42,615 nucleotides of DNA, from positions 1-42,615 of the IMG/VR virus record IMGVR_UViG_3300048848_000234; one strand, given 5' to 3'. Shown piece by piece: positions 27,846-36,248 of this stretch. The stretch's first letter is position 1. Every line of letters starts with the position of its first letter. The stretch comes from a virus. Its lineage: Duplodnaviria > Caudoviricetes. Made by a program: the position numbers and the translations under genes. A model generated the notes under the pieces. The model worked only from the letters and a program-made list of their open reading frames with translations, made no database searches and had not been told where the DNA came from.

Positions 27846-28376
27846 TTATGGCATTGACACGTGTCGGCCAGCATTTCCGCCATTTACCGCAATGCAGATG
27901 GCGTGGAGCGCGCGGCCGTAGCGCATGCGCAGGCCGTCCGCACCGCGATCGAGGCCGATCCTATCGAGCATGTCGATCCACGACACCTCGCGCTTGCCCC
28001 GCGCCAGCTGGCCGATGGCGAGGGCCACCAGCTTTCGATCCTCCGGCGAGATGGCGTCGAGCCAGCCGAACGCCTCTTCCATCTCGGCGACCTCTACGCG
28101 GGTCAGCGAGGCAGGGCGGATGGCGACGTCGGAGCTGCTGCCTTCACCACCACGCGCATCATAGTCCCCACGCTGCTCCTCGCGGCTGATCTCCGGCCAG
28201 GCCGACCGGATGCGCTGCCAGCCGCGTTCACGATCCGGATAGCGCCAGCACGTCAGCACCGCCTCTACGAGCCGGTCCTCGACCTCGCAGAAAGTGAGGA
28301 CAGCCGTTGGAAGGATGGCTCCTTCCACTGGAGATTGCGTCTTGATCGTCCGTCCTTCCATTTCGCCGTTCCTCAT
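27846..28376 (-). CDS. Putative late-gene regulator (Q position, DUF6362-like)
   Basis: Last early gene before the packaging module; VEDRLVEA, MEEAFGWL and a C-terminal HTH-like segment. Confidence 0.6.
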   Translation of the reverse strand: MRNGEMEGRTIKTQSPVEGAILPTAVLTFCEVEDRLVEAVLTCWRYPDRERGWQRIRSAWPEISREEQRGDYDARGGEGSSSDVAIRPASLTRVEVAEMEEAFGWLDAISPEDRKLVALAIGQLARGKREVSWIDMLDRIGLDRGADGLRMRYGRALHAICIAVNGGNAGRHVSMP

Positions 28377-28607
28377 GTTCGCTGAAAATGGCGGATTTCC
28401 GCCGTTGTTGGTGATGTTGATCTGATCAACAGATCAGAATGGAAGGACTGGAAGGATAATTTAGGGTGTTTTCGTGTGCGCACAGGCGCGCACACACACA
28501 TATGACGGGGGAACCTAGCAAAGCCCTTCCACCCCTTCCAAAGCCGCAGAAAACCGTCATTTTTGTCCTTCCAAACGTACTTCCACCCGGAAGGACGTGT
28601 CCTTCCA
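28308..28607. repeat. Cluster of about 11 TCCTTCCA/TGGAAGGA-like repeats in both orientations (candidate replication origin)
   Basis: Copies near 28308, 28320, 28353, 28440, 28449, 28524, 28533, 28566, 28579 (degenerate), 28588, 28600, in a relatively AT-rich gap after the primase-helicase. Confidence 0.65.
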
Positions 28608-28616
28608 AAACGGTGA

Positions 28617-31442
28617 TCACAACGGCACGTCATCATCCGGATAGGGTCCGGGATCGTCGTGATCACGACGCGAACGGCTGGCGGCGTCCGTGTCGGCGTA
28701 GTCGTCGGGCGACTTGGTCATCTCGATGTCGAGCCACTGGATACCGTTCGACGTCTTCTTCTCGAAGCCGCGGTCTTCCATGGCCTTCGAGAAGCCCTGA
28801 GTCTGCCACTCGGCGGACCCTGTTGCCTTGGACCATGCGGTGAACAACTGAAAGAGCGTAGAGGACTTAGACCGGGCACCGGAGACGGCTCTGGTGCACT
28901 CATCCAGGAACCGGCCTAGCTGATCGCTCTGCTCCCGGTACTTGGCAGTCGCGGCGAGCACGCTGTCGGGTTCGACGAGGCCGTGCTCCCGCCAGTCCAG
29001 CAGGCCCTCCAGCAGTCGGTTGAAGATGCCGGCGGCTTCCTTCCTGAGCTTCTCCGGGAGAGCCTTGTCGACGTCCTCCTTCGGGATTTGGACGTCCCAC
29101 GGCACCAGCATCACGCGCCGCCATATGCCGTCATCGTGGCCGGTGATCTTCGGCTTGTGATTGCCCGAGATCGTGACCTTGAACGACGGCAGGAACGAGA
29201 AGAACCCCTTGTTCAGGAAGCGCGCGTCGATGAGCTCGCCGCCCGTGATCAGCTTGATCAGCGCTTCGGCGAGCTTCGCACCCTTCTCCGGCTCCGACGT
29301 ACGCAGGAAGCGGATACCAGGCAGGCGCGCCAGATCCGGCGTCGCTTCGCCACCCTTGCGTCCGCGGCCCTGGTCGAGGAACGTCTCGATCGCGACCGAT
29401 CCGCCATAGTCGCCGGCGATGTGGCTCCACGCGTCGACGAGCGTCGACTTACCGTTGCGGCCCTTGCCATGGAAGAACGCCAGCTTCTGCTCGCTGATGT
29501 CCCCGGTGAGGCTCAGGCCGCCCCATTGGTGGAGGAAGCGCCGCATCTTCTCGTCCGGCTGCACGACCGCAAGGAAGCCGTCGTAATCCGGGCAGGTGGC
29601 CGCCGGATCGAACGCGACGTGCGCGATCTTGCTGATCAGATCCTCCGGCCGATGTTTGAACAGCCGAAGCCCCCAACGGGAGCCGATAGTGATCTGCTTC
29701 AGGACGCCCTCGACCATCGCCCAGCGCTTGCCGTCCTGCGTCAGTCGCAGCGTGCCGTTGAGCAGGTTGATAGCCATGCGGTCGCGATCCATCGCATCGG
29801 CGCGGATGGAGACGTCGGCAAACGATTTCACGAGGTTGGCAATGCACCCGAGGCGCTGCGAACCCTCGCTCGACTTGGCGTGATCGCGCAGCGTGTCGCT
29901 ATAGTAGATCGGAACCTTGCTGTCGCCGCTGCCCTTCCAGCGCACGATGAAGTCGAGCGTCGCCTTGCGCTGCTCGTCGGTCGCGTCCTCGCCTAGATCC
30001 TCCTTCAGCCCGCTGGCCTGGACGAGGTCGGCTTCGTGGCGGATCGAACGCACCGTGTCGAAGACCGCGAGACTTACCTTGCCCGGGATCTTGTCCTTCT
30101 CCTCCGACAGGAGCTCCCAGCGCCGGCCGTCCCACACGAACCATCCCAGCTCGTTGCAGAACCGAAAGCGCCACGCGTGCCGCGCCCGGAAGCGTTCTGC
30201 GTTTCCGAGATCAGTGGTGGAGAACAACGCGCATTGGCGATCCAGCACCTCGTCCTTGGCCGGCGCAATGCGCCCCCCGAACCCCACAGCGTCTGCCGCC
30301 GGGCTTTGGGTTCCGGATTGGAAGGACTCCTCCTCCTCCCCTTGGTCGGGTGCGGGTGCGAAGCGCTCGACATCCTCGGCGTAAGCCTCCGGAGGCGGAC
30401 TCTCGGATGACGAGGGCGGCGATGATGACCGACCGCTGTCGCGGTCGCGCGTCCTGCCGGCGCCTACGGCGCCGAGATCGCGGGGCTTGGCGTTCGCGAA
30501 GCCGTTGTCGATCGCTGCCAGCGCGCCGGCGAGGTCGTTGTTCTGCGGCATGCCACGCACCACCGATTCGAGACCTGCCCGAACGAAGCCCTCGGCGATC
30601 GCGCCCGCGAGGACCAGGCCGCCCATCTTCAGCGCGGCGTGGTAGATGCCGGCATTCCGCCCACCCCAGCGACCACCGCCGACCGGCGTCGCGGCGAGCT
30701 CGTCCATCTCCTCCTGGAGCGCGATCTGGGCATAACGCCGGTGCCGGGCGTCGACGTCGACGGGGAACACGTCACGGGGCACGTACGTCGATGCGCCGGA
30801 TGCCTGATCGTTCGCCGGCTTGGCGGCCGGGGCCCGCAGGATCTGTACAAGCTCCGCCGGCATGTCGACGATCGACGCCTCTGCATCGCCTCGCAGCCAC
30901 CGGTAGGTGCCGGTCGCGTTCTTGGCGTCGCCGTCGCAGTGACTGGGAGGGACGATGGTATAGCCGCCGAGGCCGCGCACATCGATGTGCATGGGCAGGT
31001 TGCCGCGATTGCCGATCGGATCGCCCTCCGGCATCCGGAAGTAGACATGGACGCCGCCCGAGGGGGTACGGACGGACAGGCTAACGGGCAGGGTGCAGCC
31101 CATCATCTGCTCCAGCTCCGCCTTCAGCTGTTCCAGCGTCCACTCCTCACCGGTCTGCTCATCGATGCGCGGATCGAAGTCGATGACGATCATGCCGGCG
31201 CGCCCGACCGCGACTCCGATCATGGCGTCGGGCCACTTGCGCCACCAGGCACGGACCTGCTCTTGGTCGTCGGTGGCCTTACTGACGCCGCCCGTGCCAT
31301 TGATCGGCTTGCCCGCGGCGTCCTTGTCCCGCGCCAGGAGAGGGCGCTTGTTCTTCGGCGAGCACGGGAACACCGGCCAGCCACGGCGCGCGAATAGGAG
31401 TGCCGCCTCCAGCTGAGACGGCAACGATGTGGATACGCTCAC
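28617..31442 (-). CDS. Bifunctional primase-polymerase fused to a P4/D5-type SF3 helicase
   Basis: GWPVFPC, VIDFD, RTPSGGVHVYF, IDVRGLGGY; TDLGNAERF; Walker A GKGRNGKST; NHKPKITGHDDGIWRR. Confidence 0.92.
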   Translation of the reverse strand: MSVSTSLPSQLEAALLFARRGWPVFPCSPKNKRPLLARDKDAAGKPINGTGGVSKATDDQEQVRAWWRKWPDAMIGVAVGRAGMIVIDFDPRIDEQTGEEWTLEQLKAELEQMMGCTLPVSLSVRTPSGGVHVYFRMPEGDPIGNRGNLPMHIDVRGLGGYTIVPPSHCDGDAKNATGTYRWLRGDAEASIVDMPAELVQILRAPAAKPANDQASGASTYVPRDVFPVDVDARHRRYAQIALQEEMDELAATPVGGGRWGGRNAGIYHAALKMGGLVLAGAIAEGFVRAGLESVVRGMPQNNDLAGALAAIDNGFANAKPRDLGAVGAGRTRDRDSGRSSSPPSSSESPPPEAYAEDVERFAPAPDQGEEEESFQSGTQSPAADAVGFGGRIAPAKDEVLDRQCALFSTTDLGNAERFRARHAWRFRFCNELGWFVWDGRRWELLSEEKDKIPGKVSLAVFDTVRSIRHEADLVQASGLKEDLGEDATDEQRKATLDFIVRWKGSGDSKVPIYYSDTLRDHAKSSEGSQRLGCIANLVKSFADVSIRADAMDRDRMAINLLNGTLRLTQDGKRWAMVEGVLKQITIGSRWGLRLFKHRPEDLISKIAHVAFDPAATCPDYDGFLAVVQPDEKMRRFLHQWGGLSLTGDISEQKLAFFHGKGRNGKSTLVDAWSHIAGDYGGSVAIETFLDQGRGRKGGEATPDLARLPGIRFLRTSEPEKGAKLAEALIKLITGGELIDARFLNKGFFSFLPSFKVTISGNHKPKITGHDDGIWRRVMLVPWDVQIPKEDVDKALPEKLRKEAAGIFNRLLEGLLDWREHGLVEPDSVLAATAKYREQSDQLGRFLDECTRAVSGARSKSSTLFQLFTAWSKATGSAEWQTQGFSKAMEDRGFEKKTSNGIQWLDIEMTKSPDDYADTDAASRSRRDHDDPGPYPDDDVPL

Positions 31443-31510
31443 GATTCATGCCCCCGGTGGGATTGGTGGCAGACGACCGTCGCCGGTCTGCCGTCGGCGC
31501 GATGCGCCGG

Positions 31511-31975
31511 TTAGAAGGGGACGTCGTCGTCCAGATCGTCGACGGGGGCTCCGCCACCGCCGCTGCCGCGAGATCCGCCGCGGCTGTCGCCGTAGCTGGA
31601 GTAATCGTGCCGTCCCGGATCGGCTTCGCGGCGATCGAGCAGCACCAGCGACGAATTGAACGCCCCCAGCACGATCTCGGTCGAATAGCGGTCGTTGCCC
31701 TGCTGATCCTGCCACTTGCGCGTGCGCAGCTGACCCTCGACGAAGACCTTCGAGCCCTTCTTCAGGTACTGCTCTGCGACCTTCACCAGCCCATCGTTCA
31801 TGACGACGACGGAGTGCCACTCGGTGCGCTCCTTGCGCTCGCCGGTCGACTTGTCCTTCCAGCTTTCCGACGTTGCGAGGCTCATGTTCACGATCTTCCC
31901 GCCGCTGGGGAAGCTGCGACTGTCAGGGTCTTTGCCGAGATGACCGACGAGGATCACCTTATTCACGCTGCTCAT
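31511..31975 (-). CDS. ssb: Single-stranded DNA-binding protein
   Basis: VNKVILVGHLGKDP, TEWH, acidic tip DDLDDDVPF. Confidence 0.97.
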   Translation of the reverse strand: MSSVNKVILVGHLGKDPDSRSFPSGGKIVNMSLATSESWKDKSTGERKERTEWHSVVVMNDGLVKVAEQYLKKGSKVFVEGQLRTRKWQDQQGNDRYSTEIVLGAFNSSLVLLDRREADPGRHDYSSYGDSRGGSRGSGGGGAPVDDLDDDVPF

Positions 31976-32457
31976 CAGATCATCCCCAGTGCTTGCATGT
32001 AGACTTCGAGGATCGCCTCCTCCTCCTGATACTCTTCCTTCTTCTTCTTCCGGATCGAGAGTATCTTGCGGATGGCCTTCGGGTCATATCCGCGTCCTTT
32101 CGCCTCCGACATGACGTCCTTGATGTCATCCGAGATGCCCTTCTTCTCCTCCTCCAGGCGCTCGGCGCGCTCGATCAGGAGGCGGAGTTCGTCGGCTGCG
32201 ATGTTGCCGCCTTCGGGCATGGGATCGTCGCCATCGGGTGCGTTCGGCGGCCGGAACGTGGTGGTGCCCGCTCGGGTTTTCGCCGTCTTCCAGCCTGCCT
32301 CCATGATGGCGCGGACGATCGCCTTGCGAGACGGGCTGGCCGACCGGATATGGCTCGGCAGCGCATCCAGGACCGTCTCTGCGGTCACCTCGTCCTCACG
32401 GCCGTGGAGCAGCTGCTCCACAGCGAGAGCGACTTGCGTGTCGAGCGTCGGTCTCAT
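31975..32457 (-). CDS. gapR: GapR (DUF2312) family DNA-binding protein with N-terminal extension
   Basis: C-terminal half AADELRLLIERAERLEEEKKGISDDIKDVMSEAKGRGYD...LEVYMQALGM. Confidence 0.85.
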   Translation of the reverse strand: MRPTLDTQVALAVEQLLHGREDEVTAETVLDALPSHIRSASPSRKAIVRAIMEAGWKTAKTRAGTTTFRPPNAPDGDDPMPEGGNIAADELRLLIERAERLEEEKKGISDDIKDVMSEAKGRGYDPKAIRKILSIRKKKKEEYQEEEAILEVYMQALGMI

Positions 32458-33017
32458 GCGGGCAACGCCTCGCGGACCTTCACAAGCGCAGCCTCGGCAG
32501 CGTTAGCACGCGCTTCGGCCGCCTCCGCGCGCGCGATCGCCGCGGCGAGGTCGGCGGACTGGTCGGGGCGATCGGCGAAGCGCGCGCGCAGAAGCTCGAT
32601 GAGCGTGTCGAAATCGACGACGGGCATCGGCACCTCGGCCGCAGGAGCGGGCGTGAGGCCGCGCTCGATGAGCTCGGCGGCTGCTGCGCCGAGCGAGAGC
32701 ACCTGCGATTGTGCGTGCCGCTCGACCGCCTGGATGGCGAGCTGCGCCGACGCCGGCAGCTGTATGGACTTGGGGCTCACTACGTCCTCCTTCGTTGGCG
32801 CCGGACTGGGCGTCGGCACCTTGCCGATGGGGTTGGTGGGACGACGCCGACCGTCGCGACAGAAGGCGCAGCGGCCGCCCACCAGGCGGGGGCTGTCCTC
32901 GAAGCACTGCTCGCATTCGCCGGCGACGCCCTCGGCGATCGGCACGCGGGCACGACGAAGGCTATGGGCGAGATGCTCGGCCTGAAGCTCCGCTGCCATG
33001 TCGACGACGTCGCTCAT
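32454..33017 (-). CDS. TraR/DksA-like C4 zinc-finger protein with long C-terminal extension
   Basis: MSDVVDMA (DxxDxA), CEQC...CAFC. Confidence 0.7.
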   Translation of the reverse strand: MSDVVDMAAELQAEHLAHSLRRARVPIAEGVAGECEQCFEDSPRLVGGRCAFCRDGRRRPTNPIGKVPTPSPAPTKEDVVSPKSIQLPASAQLAIQAVERHAQSQVLSLGAAAAELIERGLTPAPAAEVPMPVVDFDTLIELLRARFADRPDQSADLAAAIARAEAAEARANAAEAALVKVREALPA

Positions 33018-33019
33018 GA

Positions 33020-33217
33020 TCAGGCTGCGGCGCGTGCGATCGCGACGCGTTCGGTCAGCGCGTCGGCGTTCGGATGGTCCCGCACCAGGCGGTTGATGTT
33101 CGCCAACGCGTCCGCCCGGTCACCGCGCACGATGCTGACGACGAGGTCGTGCAGGATGTTCTCGTCGAGGTCCGGCGAGGCGTCGCCGCATTCGTCGCAG
33201 ATGTGGGTGCTACTCAT
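33020..33217 (-). CDS. Hypothetical protein (65 aa, CxxC)
   Basis: Fits the gap between dnaN and the TraR-like gene. Confidence 0.6.
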   Translation of the reverse strand: MSSTHICDECGDASPDLDENILHDLVVSIVRGDRADALANINRLVRDHPNADALTERVAIARAAA

Positions 33218-33228
33218 CTCTCGATCCT

Positions 33229-34350
33229 TCAGACGCGCATCGGCATGCAGACGCCGATCAGATCGGGATCCTTGTCGGAGCTGAAGCGCAGGGGTGATGC
33301 ATTCCCGTCGAGCGAGATCGTCAGAGCCGATCCCTCGGCGAAGATGCTGGCGACGTCGCGGCCGTACTGGCTGTTCAGGCCGAATCTGATCGGCTCGCCC
33401 GTCAGCGAAGCCTCGACGGGTTCGGTCGCGCTCGTGCCTGTCTGGTCCTTGGCGCTGACCTCGTGCGCGTCCTCGTCGCTGCCGAAGTCGAACGCGACGG
33501 CGCGGACCTTGATCTTGTCGCCCTCGGCGTTGACGATCGCTGCGACGGACGCGACGGGAGCGATGAACTGCTCCCGCGTGACGCTGATCACGTGCCGGCC
33601 CTGAGCAGGGATGACGCGCGTGTAGTCGGGGAAGGTGCCCTCGACGAGCTTGCTGATGATCGTCGACGTGCCGATCCGGAACTGGATCGCCTTGGCGTTC
33701 ACCTCGATCGCGACCTCACCGCTGATCTTGCCGATCAGCGCCAGCACCTGACCCACGGCCTTGCTCGGCACGATGATGTCATCCATCCCCGCAGCGCCAG
33801 CTGGCAGGACGGCCTCCGCCCGCACCAGCCGGTGGCCATCGGTGGCCGCCGCCCGCAGCTTCTGGTCGACCGTGTGCATGAAGACGCCGCAAAGGTAGTA
33901 GCGGGTCTCCTCACTCGACTGGGCGATACGGCAGGCGCCGAACAGGCGCGCCAGCGCATCGCTGGTGAGCGTGAATCGCACGGCGTTCACCAGCGCCGGC
34001 AACTTCGGGAAGTCGTCCGCAGCGAGCGTCGAGATCGTCCGGACGCCGCGACCCTGCTTCACTGTGACGGCGGACCGTCCGGCGACGGCTGCGATCATCA
34101 GCTTGCCGGGCTTGAAGCTCTTCGCAGCCGCGAGGATCTTATCGCTCGGCAGCGTCGTCTTCATCTCGCCGACGGCAGCTGCGGTGGCGTTCGCCTCGAT
34201 ATCAAGATCCGTGCCGGTCAGCGTGACGGTGCCGTCCTGGACAACGAACAGCACGTTGCTGAGCACCGGGATGGTGTTGCGCGCCTCGATCACGCCGTTG
34301 ACCTGCTGAAGCGCGCCGAGCAGCGCGTCACGTTCGATTTCTACCGTCAT
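33229..34350 (-). CDS. dnaN: DNA polymerase III beta sliding clamp (phage copy)
   Basis: 373 aa; RNTIPVLSNV, GTDLD, SSEETRYYLCGV, ATDGHRL, SKLVEGTFPDYTRVIP, CMPMRV. Confidence 0.95.
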   Translation of the reverse strand: MTVEIERDALLGALQQVNGVIEARNTIPVLSNVLFVVQDGTVTLTGTDLDIEANATAAAVGEMKTTLPSDKILAAAKSFKPGKLMIAAVAGRSAVTVKQGRGVRTISTLAADDFPKLPALVNAVRFTLTSDALARLFGACRIAQSSEETRYYLCGVFMHTVDQKLRAAATDGHRLVRAEAVLPAGAAGMDDIIVPSKAVGQVLALIGKISGEVAIEVNAKAIQFRIGTSTIISKLVEGTFPDYTRVIPAQGRHVISVTREQFIAPVASVAAIVNAEGDKIKVRAVAFDFGSDEDAHEVSAKDQTGTSATEPVEASLTGEPIRFGLNSQYGRDVASIFAEGSALTISLDGNASPLRFSSDKDPDLIGVCMPMRV

Positions 34351-34982
34351 GCTGCCAGTCCTGTCATTGCGCCGGTGGAAAGGATGAGGACCCTGCGATT
34401 GGTGGGCCCGCGCGCGCCCTCGATGCGGATCAGATGAGCGGCGATCATCGCCTCCAGCGTCGGCTGGACAGCGTCGGCCGCGATGCCGGCACGCTCGGCC
34501 AGCTGCTTGTCGGTGGGGCAGGGGCGGCCCTTAGACGCGAACCGCTCCAGCACGGGCAGCAGCGCGTCGATCGCCGCAGCCTCGTTGTCCGGAAGCGTCG
34601 CGGCGGTGAGGACCAGGCGAGGTCGGGCGGGCTTGGTCAGAGCCGACGACACCGACGACCGTTCCGCGAGGAAAGTGAAGTACCGGGTGTCGAGCTTCGA
34701 ACGCGACTGGCACAGGTGCACCAGGTTGCGCGCGGCGAGCACGCGCATGCGCTCGATACCCGCCGACTTGCGGGGAAGCGTGATGCGACTGGCATAGACG
34801 AAGCGATCGCCATGCTCGGCGACCTCCATCCACGCGTCGATGCGCTCGACGCTCGCGACGAAGTCGGGGACCTCGTCGACGATCAGACCCGAGGAGACGG
34901 AGGCTCGGGGGAACACCCCCGCCTCCTCGGCACACACGCGCCCGTCAGCGTCGTGCATGGTCAGGGACGCGGGCTTAGCCAT
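34347..34982 (-). CDS. Hypothetical protein with C-terminal winged-HTH-like segment
   Basis: Start MAKPAS; CPTDKQLAERAGI..VQPTLEAM..AHLIRIE; ATGA overlap with dnaN. Confidence 0.6.
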   Translation of the reverse strand: MAKPASLTMHDADGRVCAEEAGVFPRASVSSGLIVDEVPDFVASVERIDAWMEVAEHGDRFVYASRITLPRKSAGIERMRVLAARNLVHLCQSRSKLDTRYFTFLAERSSVSSALTKPARPRLVLTAATLPDNEAAAIDALLPVLERFASKGRPCPTDKQLAERAGIAADAVQPTLEAMIAAHLIRIEGARGPTNRRVLILSTGAMTGLAA

Positions 34983-35096
34983 GCGGCACCGCGAAGGTAA
35001 CCGGCGAGACGGTACGCGTCTTGGGGGCTGCGGGAGCCGCCTCGCCGACACGCGCGAGGCGGGGGTTCGGAACCCCGCGCGTGATCTCGTGAAACA

Positions 35097-35384
35097 TCAG
35101 GCGGCTTTCCGATCGGCGAATGCGTCGACCGCATCGAACCAGCCACCGCGTGGAGCCGTGCGCCAGTCCGCGCGCGTGATCGCGTTGTTCGTGGCCTTGG
35201 CCACGTCCGCCACCAGCTCCTCGCCGGGGATCAGGTCGCCATCGACGAGCTTCATGATCGTCGGGATCGACAGCTTCATCGCCCCCGCCGCGACCGGGAC
35301 GATGCCGCGATAGCCGGCCATGATGCGCCGCCCGAGCAGGCGCGCGCCCTCGTTCTTCGGACTGCCCTTAAGGTGCAGCTTCAT
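35097..35384 (-). CDS. Hypothetical HTH-like protein
   Basis: Start MKLHLKG (ATGA overlap); AAGAMKLSIPTIMKLVDGDLIPG. Confidence 0.6.
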   Translation of the reverse strand: MKLHLKGSPKNEGARLLGRRIMAGYRGIVPVAAGAMKLSIPTIMKLVDGDLIPGEELVADVAKATNNAITRADWRTAPRGGWFDAVDAFADRKAA

Positions 35385-35854
35385 GCGGATATCCCTTCGC
35401 TGGTGTGGCGGGCGACAGCCCGCATCTGGACGACCACGCGCAGCAACTGATCGAGCTCGCCGTCGAGGCGCTCCCCATCCTTGCTGCACCACTTGTTGTC
35501 GGCGAGGCCGGCGCAGACGGCACCGATCGCGTCGTTGAACTCGCTCGACAGCTGCGACGACAGTGCGAGCAGATCGGCTCCCGTCGCGGGTGCGTCGGGC
35601 TCGGGGACGAACGTGCCGCCCATCGCCTTGCAGAGCGCCTGGGTGACGTGCGGCCAGCCGGAGCGCTCCCGAGCGAGCGGTTCGAGATCGGCGACGACGT
35701 CGATCGGTGCGAAGCAGTCGGGCTTGTTCGGGGAGCCGTAGTCGGCGAGCATGGATTTACCGACGCGGGTGAACCCGGCGCCAGCCTCCAGACCGCCAAC
35801 GCCGCGGATCATCTCCACGGTGGCGCGCTTCAGCAGCACCTTCTCCGGCGTCAT
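35381..35854 (-). CDS. CII-like phage regulatory protein
   Basis: Directly after cro; GVGGLEAGA...VGKSMLADYGSPN...PIDVVADLE pattern. Confidence 0.6.
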   Translation of the reverse strand: MTPEKVLLKRATVEMIRGVGGLEAGAGFTRVGKSMLADYGSPNKPDCFAPIDVVADLEPLARERSGWPHVTQALCKAMGGTFVPEPDAPATGADLLALSSQLSSEFNDAIGAVCAGLADNKWCSKDGERLDGELDQLLRVVVQMRAVARHTSEGISA

Positions 35855-36147
35855 GCTGCCGCTCGCGCGGAAAAGTCGTTTCCGATTCCGGCTGACGCAG
35901 CCGCAGGATCGGAGCAAACGTCCTCACCGTGAGACACCTCGAACCCAGCTTCCTCGTCCTTGCCGCGCATGAACGCGACGATGCGATTTGCCGTGTCGAG
36001 ACTCGGGGAGCGGCCTCTGCGCAGGCTTTCCAGAAGCTGCGGCTCTCCGGTAGCCTCGCGGCCGAACCGAGTGGGCGCCATGTCCTGATGCCGTTCGAGG
36101 AACCGCTCGATTGCGGCGACCATGTCAGAGGTTGTCGGAACGTCCAT
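35851..36147 (-). CDS. Cro-like HTH regulator
   Basis: Divergent from cI; IERFLERH.MAPTRFGREATGEPQLLESLRRGRSPSL. Confidence 0.8.
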   Translation of the reverse strand: MDVPTTSDMVAAIERFLERHQDMAPTRFGREATGEPQLLESLRRGRSPSLDTANRIVAFMRGKDEEAGFEVSHGEDVCSDPAAASAGIGNDFSARAAA

Positions 36148-36161
36148 GTGCTCGCTTGTAG

Positions 36162-36242
36162 ATCAGCGATCGCTTACGTTGCAAGCGTATTTGTAAGCGA
36201 TGGCTTCAATCGACGTCGCGACTCATGTTAGCTATTGCTGAC
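36162..36242. promoter_or_regulatory. OR-like operators: three variants of GTAAGCGATCGCTTAC
   Basis: ATCAGCGATCGCTTAC 36162-36177, GTAAGCGATGGCTTCA 36193-36208, GTTAGCTATTGCTGAC 36227-36242 in the cro-cI gap. Confidence 0.7.
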
Positions 36243-36248
36243 AGGGTC

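Noticed and set aside
28373-28666. 97-aa ORF with repeated WKG/FQS motifs
   Set aside because: The repeats are translations of the TGGAAGG/CCTTCCA DNA repeats, so it is more likely origin DNA; a real small gene is not excluded.
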